DNA of 17,108 nucleotides from a virus (taxonomy: Duplodnaviria > Heunggongvirae > Uroviricota > Caudoviricetes), in IMG/VR virus record IMGVR_UViG_2869976549_000007; one strand, given 5' to 3'. Shown here piece after piece: positions 10,215 through 17,108 of the stretch (its first letter is position 1; every line of letters starts with the position of its first letter). The position numbers and the translations under genes are program-made. The notes under the pieces were generated by a model that saw only the letters and a list, made by a program, of their open reading frames with translations, was not told the origin of the DNA and ran no database searches.

Positions 10215-10625
10215 ATGATGATTAATGTTAACGGGCGACCCGTGTCGACCGGGGCTTCGATCGACCTTCTGACGCGTGCTGTGATTATTTCGCTTTTTAC
10301 ATGGCGGCGTGCCGGGCGTGATGATGCACCACGGATATTTGGATGGTGGGGGGATACCTGGCCTGCGGTTCAGAATGATCGCACGGGGTCGCGTTTGTAT
10401 CTGTTGCGACGCAGCAAGCTGACAAATAAAACCCCGCAGCTTGCCAGAGATTATGTCCGTGAGGCGCTGGCGTGGATGGTGGAGGATGGTGTTGCTTCCC
10501 GTCTTGATATTAACGCTGTCCGGACCGGGACAGACTCGCTGGCACTTGCCATTACCATTTACCAGCGTGACGGCAATATTCACAACATTATTTTTGATGA
10601 TATCTGGAGTGAACTGAATGGCTGA
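10215..10625 (+). CDS. Baseplate protein, Mu gp46-like
   Basis: 136-aa ORF between the spike and the baseplate J-like gene; overlaps the downstream start. Confidence 0.6.
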   Translation: MMINVNGRPVSTGASIDLLTRAVIISLFTWRRAGRDDAPRIFGWWGDTWPAVQNDRTGSRLYLLRRSKLTNKTPQLARDYVREALAWMVEDGVASRLDINAVRTGTDSLALAITIYQRDGNIHNIIFDDIWSELNG

Positions 10626-11226
10626 CAGTCAGTTTTATCGCCCCGGCCTCCCGCAACTTATTTCTATGATCCGGAGCGATTTATTAACCCGCTTTGAGCA
10701 GGATACGCTGCTTCGTCGTATGGATGCGGAAGTGTATGCCCGTGTACAGGCTGCAGCCGTACACACGTTGTACGGGTATATCGATTATCTTGCCAGAAAT
10801 CTGTTACCGGACGTGTGTGATGAAGACTGGCTGTACCGGCACGCCAGAATCAAACGCTGCCCGCGAAAAGAAGCGGTGGCAGCCCGGGGATTTGTGCGCT
10901 GGGATGGCGTAGAGGGGACGCCGGTATTGCCAGCGGGAACGCAGATCCAGCGTGATAATCAGGTGACCTTTACCACGACGGCGACGGTGACCGCAGCCGA
11001 TGGTCTTCTCCGGGTGCCTGTTGTGGCAGACGAACCGGGATCGGCGGGGAATACGGATGATGGTATTGCCATGCAACTGGGAACACCCGTCAGTGGTCTG
11101 CCGTCCACAGGGTACGCTGACACCATTACAGACGGTGAAGATATTGAAAATCTGGAAATATGGCGTGCCCGCGTTATGGAACGTTATTACTACATTCCAC
11201 AGGGGGGCGCAGGTAATGACTCCAAC

Positions 11227-11730
11227 TTATTGATAGTGTTTTATGTTCAGATAATGCCCGATGACTTTGTCATGCAGCTCCACCGATTTTGAGAACGACA
11301 GCGACTTCCGTCCCAGCCGTGCCAGGTGCTGCCTCAGATTCAGGTTATGCCGCTCAATTCGCTGCGTATATCGCTTGCTGATTACGTGCAGCTTTCCCTT
11401 CAGGCGGGATTCATACAGCGGCCAGCCATCCGTCATCCATATCACCACGTCAAAGGGTGACAGCAGGCTCATAAGACGCCCCAGCGTCGCCATAGTGCGT
11501 TCACCGAATACGTGCGCAACAACCGTCTTCCGGAGACTGTCATACGCGTAAAACAGCCAGCGCTGGCGCGATTTAGCCCCGACATAGCCCCACTGTTCGT
11601 CCATTTCCGCGCAGACGATGACGTCACTGCCCGGCTGTATGCGCGAGGTTACCGACTGCGGCCTGAGTTTTTTAAGTGACGTAAAATCGTGTTGAGGCCA
11701 ACGCCCATAATGCGTGCAGTTGCCCGGCAT
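11227..11730 (-). CDS. insB: IS1 InsB (expressed as InsAB' by frameshift)
   Basis: 167-aa minus-strand ORF overlapping insA. The A6C slippery motif (minus-strand TTAAAAAAC) lies near 11671..11681. Confidence 0.9.
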
Positions 11731-11924
11731 CCAACGCCATTCATGGCCATATCAATGATTTTCTGGTGCGTACCGGGTTGAGAAGCGGTGTAAGTGAACT
11801 GCAGTTGCCATGTTTTACGGCAGTGAGAGCAGAGATAGCGCTGATGTCCGGCAGTGCTTTTGCCGTTACGCACCACCCCGTCAGTAGCTGAACAGGAGGG
11901 ACAGCTGATAGAAACAGAAGCCAC
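11649..11924 (-). CDS. insA: IS1 InsA
   Basis: 91 aa, [43 protein letters not shown]…, matching IS1 InsA. Confidence 0.95.
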
Positions 11925-12476
11925 TGGAGCACCTCAAAAACACCATTATACACTAAATCAGTAAGTTGGCAGCATCACCGGGGGCGCAGACCCTGATTAT
12001 GTTATCTGGGCGAAAGAAGTTCAGGGTATTAACCGTGCATGGACTTTCAGACACTGGAAAGGCACTGGAACGGTTGGCGTGATGGTGGCGACAAACGATC
12101 CGGAACGCCCGGCCCCGGATGAAAGCGTGATTAACGCAGTCAGGGACCACATCCTTCCTCTGGCACCTGTTGCCGGAAGCGGATTGTATGTATTCGGTGC
12201 CACAGAAAAAGTCATCCCGATGACGATTGCATTATCGAAAGACACACCGCAGATCAGGACTGCAATAAAAGCAGAGCTGAATGCACTGATGTTACGGGAT
12301 GGTGTGCCAGAGGGGCGTATGTATCTGTCCAGAATCAGTGAGGCCATCAGTTTGTCTGCTGGTGAAGTGGCCCACCGGTTAATCGTCCCTTCATCGGATA
12401 TTGACCTGGGGGAGACCGAGCTTCCGGTGCTCGGCGAGATCACCTGGCAGGCTTATGACCCGGCAAGGAGTAAATA

Positions 12477-13067
12477 ATGGATTCGTTACAGGATGATTAT
12501 ACAAAGCTGCTGTACGGACTGATGCCGCCGGGGCCTGCATGGTCAGATACCGACGGTGTACTTGACGGTCTGGCACCATCGCTTGTGCGTGTTCACCAGC
12601 GGGCTGATGAACTGGTGATTGAAATCGATCCCGGTCAGTCCACAGAGCTGATTGAACGTTATGAAGAATTGTATGGTTTACCTGATTCCTGTTCCCCTGT
12701 CGGAACCCAGACATTACGCCAGCGTCAGCAACGTCTTGAAGCAAAAGCCAATGTGGCTGGTGGCATAAATGAGCAGTTCTTCCTGGATCAGCTTGAGGCG
12801 CTGGGATATACCGGCGTAACGATCGAACAGTTCCAGCACTTGGATGCAAGCCCCGATCCGGAATGGGGAGATCGCTGGCGTTATTTCTGGCGTGTGACGT
12901 TGCCGATGGATGCCGGTGCTCAGTGGCAGACATGCACGGACGCCTGCAACACACCGATCCGGACGTGGGGGGATACGGTTGCGGAGTGCGTGATTAATAA
13001 ATTATGTCCGTCACACACCGTCGTTTTATTTTCCTATCCAGATGAGGATGAAGATGCACAGGATTGA
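12477..13067 (+). CDS. Tail/baseplate protein, Mu gp48-like (DUF2313/YmfQ-like)
   Basis: 196 aa; its start overlaps the baseplate J stop (TAATGG). Position between baseplate J and the tail fibre fits Mu gene order. Confidence 0.65.
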   Translation: MDSLQDDYTKLLYGLMPPGPAWSDTDGVLDGLAPSLVRVHQRADELVIEIDPGQSTELIERYEELYGLPDSCSPVGTQTLRQRQQRLEAKANVAGGINEQFFLDQLEALGYTGVTIEQFQHLDASPDPEWGDRWRYFWRVTLPMDAGAQWQTCTDACNTPIRTWGDTVAECVINKLCPSHTVVLFSYPDEDEDAQD

Positions 13068-14094
13068 TACGCTGACTGCGGTAAAAGATAAGTTTGGTCC
13101 GGGTAAGAACGGATTTACTGACGGAAATCTTCGCACAGGACGTCTTGCTACCTGGCTGAACAGTGCCATGTGGAATGCCATTCAGGAGGAAATCTGTGGT
13201 GTCATTGAGAAGGCCGGGATAGAACTGAATAAAGAAGAACACGACCAGCTATATAAGGCTATATTATTGCTGGTGGGCGGTGCAATTAACGAAGAGGCAT
13301 TGCTGATAAAAAATAACCTTTCGGATGTGGAAGACAGGGATGAGGCTGTTGAAAACCTCGGATTAAAACCCACGGTGGATAAGGCAAAAAATGCCGTTCA
13401 GCGTGATGGCGACACCATGACCGGAGAGCTGAAAATCCGTGGTGTTAATGCGCTGAGGATTTTCAACGAAGCTTTTGGCCTGATTTTTCGTCGTTCGGAA
13501 GAGTGCCTGCACCTTATTCCCACCAGTGAAGGTCAGGGGGAAAATGGCGATATTGGTCCCCTGCGCCCGTTCACCATTAATCTGCGGACGGGTGAAATAT
13601 CCATGTCGCATAAAGTGTCTGTTGGCGGTGGTTCGCAGGTCAATGGTGCGCTGGGTATCGGCGTTCAGAACGCCCTGGGGGGGAATTCAATTGTTCTTGG
13701 TGATAATGACACCGGATTCAAACAGAATGGTGATGGCCTGCTGGATGTTTATGCCAATAGCGTGCATGTGTTGCGTTTTCAGAGTGGCAGTATCCAGAGT
13801 AATAAAGCTGTAAACGTTACAGGACGGGTAACACCGTCAGACTACGGAAACTTTGATGCCCGTTACCAGCAGCGAAATGGTGGCGTGCAGGATGTGCGGT
13901 ATGGTTATGAAATGTATTACACCCCCGGCAGTAACACCGTTTCGTGGACATTTCGCTCACCTTCGGGACACGGGCTGTCAGGGATATCGATATCGGATAC
14001 CGGCCGTAACTCAGCGGATAACGTCAACGGCGTGTATTACCGACCGCTGCAAAAACTGATTAATGGCACCTGGTATAACGTAGCGAGTATTTAA
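13042..14094 (+). CDS. Tail fibre protein (Mu S-like N-terminus)
   Basis: The N-terminal motif …HRIDTLTAVKDKFGPGKNGFTDGN…WLNSAMWNAIQEEICGVIEKAGIEL… resembles conserved tail-fibre N-termini. Start is ambiguous (in-frame ATGs at 13042, 13048, 13054). Followed by a tfa-like gene. Confidence 0.7.
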   Translation: MRMKMHRIDTLTAVKDKFGPGKNGFTDGNLRTGRLATWLNSAMWNAIQEEICGVIEKAGIELNKEEHDQLYKAILLLVGGAINEEALLIKNNLSDVEDRDEAVENLGLKPTVDKAKNAVQRDGDTMTGELKIRGVNALRIFNEAFGLIFRRSEECLHLIPTSEGQGENGDIGPLRPFTINLRTGEISMSHKVSVGGGSQVNGALGIGVQNALGGNSIVLGDNDTGFKQNGDGLLDVYANSVHVLRFQSGSIQSNKAVNVTGRVTPSDYGNFDARYQQRNGGVQDVRYGYEMYYTPGSNTVSWTFRSPSGHGLSGISISDTGRNSADNVNGVYYRPLQKLINGTWYNVASI

Positions 14095-14096
14095 CA

Positions 14097-14642
14097 ATGT
14101 TGCATTTAAAAAATATTACGGCAGGTAATCCGAAAACCGCGGAATAATATCAGCTGACAAAACAGTATGATGTCACCTGGCTTTTTTCGGAAGACGGCAA
14201 AAACTGGTATGAAGAACAGAAGAACTTTGCCAGTGACACCATAAAAATGGTTTACACCGGAGACGGGCGCGTGGTGTGGGTCGGTAAGGATGTGACAGGC
14301 ATTGAACCCCGTAACGCCAGTGTTATTGAAGTTCCTGATATTACCGCCAACCGCCGCATTACCGCGCCGGGTTACTGGTTTTACCGCAATGATGAATTTG
14401 TCTTTGACTACAGACTCAAAGCGGAAGATGAGCGTGATGCCCTTCTGGCTCAGGTCAGTGCCCGGACAGGGGAATGGGAAGAAGACCTGCTGCTGGGGCT
14501 AATCAGCGACGAAGACCGGGAAAAACTGAAAGCGTACCGTATTTACGCGAAATCGCTGCAGGCGATGGATTTCAGCACCATCACTGATAAATCCTCATAT
14601 AACGCCATTGAATGGTCCGTCTCTCCGGAAGGTTCTTCCTGA
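14097..14642 (+). pseudogene. Tail fibre assembly protein (Tfa/Mu U-like) with in-frame ochre codon at 14145..14147
   Basis: The ATG at 14097 gives MLHLKNITAGNPKTAE, then TAA, then in the same frame YQLTKQYDVTWLFSEDGKNWYEEQKNF… continuing to 14642. The Tfa-like N-terminus (MxHLKNITAGNPKT…) therefore lies upstream of the stop. First in-frame ATG after the stop is 14247. Confidence 0.6.
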
Positions 14643-14665
14643 TTTAATTTATCGCGAGAAAAACT

Positions 14666-15934
14666 ATGTCTGTAGTGATATCAGGTGCGCTGACTGATGG
14701 CGCAGGCATCCCCATGTCCGGATGCCAGATTATTCTGAAATCCCGTGTAAACATCTCAGAAGTGGTGATGCGTACCAGGGCTGATGTAGTGACCGGAAAT
14801 AACGGTGAATATTCGTTTGAGGCACAGGTCGGAAAATATTGCGTGTATCTGAAACGGGACTGGCGCGACGAGTACTGTGTTGGCGACATTGCTGTATACG
14901 ACGACTCAAAGCCCGGCACGCTGAATGACTTTCTGATTGCTCCTGATGAGGGCGACCTGAAACCGGATGTCGTCAAACGCTTTGAGGAAATGGTGGCGCA
15001 GGCGCAGCAGAGCGCCGGGGCCGCAGCCGGAAACGCACAGCAGACGGCGCAGGATGTGGCGGCAGCCGCAGGTTATGCCCGCGCAGCAGAGCAGGCCAAA
15101 AATGACATTGATGCTGCGCTGACCGGCACTCTGAAAACGGCTAACCATCTGTCTGAAATCGCAGCAGCAGGCGAAAAGGCACAACAGAAGTCCCGGGATA
15201 ATCTGGGGCTGAAAAGTGCGGCCACGATGGAAGCACAGAGCGACATTTACGACCGGACAAAAGGCCGTCTGGCGATACCCGGCGCATTCGGCTTTGGGTG
15301 TGCTTTTCTGCCTGAAGATGTTATCCGTTTTGACACTAAGAGTGATTTCCTGGCCTGGGTAAGGAATGCGCTGCCAGGTGAATATTCCGTTGCTGGCCCC
15401 TACGACATCATCATACCCGACACACGGTTTGAAGGGGTGCTCAGCATCCGGTGGACTGATGCACGCCCTGAGACAACAGAACCGAGGTACAGAGCCAAAT
15501 CCCTTACTTTTTACGGCATTAACGGCCCCATTTATCACACCCGCTACTGCTACTGGCCCATATCCAGACTGACTGGCTGGGTGAAAATAAATATAACCAC
15601 AGAAGATATTATTTACAGAATCGTGGCGAGCTCTGTCTGCAACAGATGGGGAGACCCTGACATTGGCGGGCTGATTATTGCTGCGTACCAGGGAGAAGCT
15701 GACGGTGATAAAGTCATCAGACTTGTCAGGGGGCAGTCATACAGAGGCTCACGACTGGGACCGGTGGGGATTTCAGTGCCCAGTACTCCCACCGGAACGT
15801 ATATAGCATCCCCACAATTTTTCATTACGGGATGTTCAGAGCATTCATTACCGGGGTCATATAGCGCCCTGTCCGGGGTGCCGGATGCTCATGTCTCTGG
15901 CGCAATGCCCGGGCTTTTTATTCGCACATCGTGA
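14666..15934 (+). CDS. Second tail fibre-like protein: lambda Stf-type N-terminal domain, Ala/Gln-rich linker, unrecognised C-terminal domain
   Basis: The N-terminus MSVVISGALTDGAGIPMSGCQIILKSR…YDDSKPGTLNDFL closely parallels the lambda Stf N-terminus (…TDGAGKPVQNCTIQLKARR…VYEDSQPGTLNDFL). An Ala/Gln-rich segment follows. The C-terminal ~220 aa has several Cys and no motif I recognise. Confidence 0.6.
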   Translation: MSVVISGALTDGAGIPMSGCQIILKSRVNISEVVMRTRADVVTGNNGEYSFEAQVGKYCVYLKRDWRDEYCVGDIAVYDDSKPGTLNDFLIAPDEGDLKPDVVKRFEEMVAQAQQSAGAAAGNAQQTAQDVAAAAGYARAAEQAKNDIDAALTGTLKTANHLSEIAAAGEKAQQKSRDNLGLKSAATMEAQSDIYDRTKGRLAIPGAFGFGCAFLPEDVIRFDTKSDFLAWVRNALPGEYSVAGPYDIIIPDTRFEGVLSIRWTDARPETTEPRYRAKSLTFYGINGPIYHTRYCYWPISRLTGWVKINITTEDIIYRIVASSVCNRWGDPDIGGLIIAAYQGEADGDKVIRLVRGQSYRGSRLGPVGISVPSTPTGTYIASPQFFITGCSEHSLPGSYSALSGVPDAHVSGAMPGLFIRTS

Positions 15935-15944
15935 GGAATGCACC

Positions 15945-16508
15945 GTGGAAATTAAAAAAATCATTAATCCCCGTTATACCGAAAGTGGCGCAGTAGACTG
16001 TGACGTTTTTTTTGACGACAGGGACCAGGCAGTCCCCTACACAGCCACCGCTGATGATGTCGCACCGACGGGTCAGCGAATCTGGCAGGAACTGCAAAGT
16101 GGCAAATGGGGTGAGATAGCCCCATTCACTGTGACACCAGAAATGCTGGAAGCGGCCAGAGAGGCCAGACGTCAGGAAATTGAAGCATGGCGCACAGAAC
16201 AGGAGGCGAAGCCGTTCACGTTTGAATGGAATGGTCGTATCTGGAATGCTGGCCCCGACTCACTGGGCCGCCTGTCCCCGGTAGTCATGCTGGCAAAATC
16301 TGTCACAGCACAAACGCATATGGCGTGGGGTGATGCCGATAATCAGCAGGTGAAACTGTCGATGCCGGAACTGGAAGAACTGGCGGCAGCAATGGTGCAG
16401 GCGCAGGTCGATCGCAACGATGAGATTTATCGCCGTCAGCGTGAAATGAAAGAGGAGCTGAGTGGTCTGGAGGATTTGGGAACAATTAGAGCGTTTGATG
16501 TTACGTAA
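15945..16508 (+). CDS. Putative tail fibre chaperone / assembly protein (DUF4376-like)
   Basis: A GTG start at 15945 with GAGGAA 7 nt upstream, just after the upstream TGA (15932..15934). The ORF-track ATG at 15885 would overlap the upstream gene. The 187-aa product has a C-terminal pattern (…FEWNGRIWNAGPDSLGRL…WGDADNQQVKLSMPELEELAAAMV…) resembling fibre-associated chaperones. Confidence 0.45.
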   Translation: MEIKKIINPRYTESGAVDCDVFFDDRDQAVPYTATADDVAPTGQRIWQELQSGKWGEIAPFTVTPEMLEAAREARRQEIEAWRTEQEAKPFTFEWNGRIWNAGPDSLGRLSPVVMLAKSVTAQTHMAWGDADNQQVKLSMPELEELAAAMVQAQVDRNDEIYRRQREMKEELSGLEDLGTIRAFDVT

Positions 16509-16554
16509 TTGGTAAGCTGCATCGTGTTAAATTGTTACCCTTATTTACAACTAG

Positions 16555-16588
16555 AAAAGCCTCTGACTTCATAATCAGAGGCTTTTTT
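16555..16588 (+). terminator. Rho-independent terminator (12-bp perfect stem, 8-nt loop, T6 tail)
   Basis: AAAAGCCTCTGA (16555..16566) pairs with TCAGAGGCTTTT (16575..16586), followed by TT. The A-run on the other side could make it bidirectional. Confidence 0.65.
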
Positions 16589-16706
16589 GAAATGCACGTG
16601 CATTTTGCGTGTATATTTTTGTCTTTTTCTGGTCCGCTTACTGTCTGGTCAGTGTCCGTAAGTGACTGTTTTTATAGTCTCTGTCCGGTTGCAGTCCTGT
16701 CAAAAG

Positions 16707-17069
16707 TGGTGGAGCTGGCGGGAGTTGAACCCGCGTCCGAAATTCCTACATCCTCGGTACTACATGCTTAGTCAGTCTTTACATTCGCTTGCCAGCTGCG
16801 GACGGACACGCCACTAACAAACTAGCCTGATTAAGTTTTAACGCTTCAACCCCAGGCAGGGCTTCCACGCGATCTCTTTTGGGTTTGACCTCTCTTGATC
16901 CCCGTCCTAAGAGCGGAGGCTAGGGAGAGAGGGCTCTAAGCAGGTTATTAAGCTGCTAAAGCGTAGTTTTCGTCGTTTGCGACTATTTTTTGCGGCTTTT
17001 TACGAGGCCAACCGCCCCTCGGCATGCACCTTGGGTTTCGCAAATCCCGTCGAATCCAGAATCAGCCCC
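16707..17069 (-). ncRNA. ssrA: tmRNA (transfer-messenger RNA)
   Basis: The reverse complement reads GGGGCTGATTCTGGATTCGACGGGATTTGCGAAACCCAAGGTGCATGCCGAGGGG…GCAAACGACGAAAACTACGCTTTAGCAGCTTAATAA…GGGTTCAACTCCCGCCAGCTCCACCA. This is an enterobacterial ssrA with the ANDENYALAA tag-coding region and 3' CCA. Confidence 0.95.
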
Positions 17070-17083
17070 AATGTGTAAAGGTA

Positions 17084-17089
17084 AGTATA
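17084..17089 (-). promoter_or_regulatory. Candidate ssrA promoter -10 element (TATACT on minus strand)
   Basis: TATACT lies 15 to 20 nt upstream of the mature tmRNA 5' end, consistent with a short 5' precursor leader. The -35 region would fall at or beyond the window edge. Confidence 0.4.
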
Positions 17090-17108
17090 CCAGATTTATG
17101 AGCGCCAT

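Larger units (their letters stand above)
11212..11979 (-). mobile_element. IS1 insertion sequence (768 bp) with 9-bp target-site duplication GGGGGCGCA
   Basis: Ends GGTAATGACTCCAACTTATTGAT… and …ATCAGTAAGTTGGCAGCATCACC match IS1. Identical 9-mers lie at 11203..11211 and 11980..11988. insA and insB are on the minus strand. Confidence 0.95.
10618..12477 (+). pseudogene. Baseplate J-like protein (Mu gp47-like) interrupted by IS1
   Basis: The N-terminal part (10618..11211) reads …YYIPQGGA, then runs into IS1. The same frame resumes after the 9-bp duplicate (11989..12477, …DPDYVIWAKEV…). Removing IS1 plus one duplicate (777 bp, a multiple of 3) restores a 360-aa ORF. Confidence 0.8.

Noticed and set aside
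12079-12477. 132-aa ORF called as a separate gene
   Set aside because: It is the C-terminal portion of the IS1-split baseplate J-like gene; the frame is open upstream to the target duplication and continuous with the N-terminal half.
13042-16508. Mu G-segment-like invertible fibre region
   Set aside because: Both fibre/chaperone pairs are on the same strand, with no invertase gene and no obvious flanking inverted repeats. It looks like tandem cassettes, not an inversion switch, though I could not scan exhaustively for short inverted repeats by eye.
16532-16771. 79-aa ORF spanning the terminator and the ssrA 3' end
   Set aside because: It overlaps a terminator hairpin and the tmRNA gene, and has no ribosome-binding site or coding-like composition.

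Overview
This window is the tail and baseplate half of a decaying Mu-like (transposable-phage-type) contractile-tail prophage, lying directly 3' of the tmRNA gene ssrA (minus strand, 16707..17069). I found no CRISPR array, no integrase and no recognisable defence system. All phage genes are on the + strand, in this order: a prohead-protease N-terminal fragment (1..363); IS600 (361..1624); tail sheath, tail tube, tail assembly chaperone with a -1 frameshift extension, and tape measure (1644..5865); IS5 (6000..7195); then DNA-circularization N-like, baseplate hub, spike, gp46-like, a baseplate J-like gene split by IS1 (11212..11979, perfect 9-bp target duplication), gp48-like, a tail fibre, and a tail-fibre assembly gene carrying an in-frame TAA at codon 17. 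Downstream is a second fibre-like gene with a lambda Stf-type N-terminus and a C-terminal domain I do not recognise, followed by a chaperone-like gene, a rho-independent terminator and ssrA. The most plausibly novel element is that distal fibre/chaperone cassette (14666..16508). Other points worth a second look are an in-frame (GCTGGT)~6 repeat in the hub gene and an AT-rich lipoprotein-like ORF fragment cut by IS5. All family assignments are from reading the translations and from memory of phage and IS families; no database search was run.
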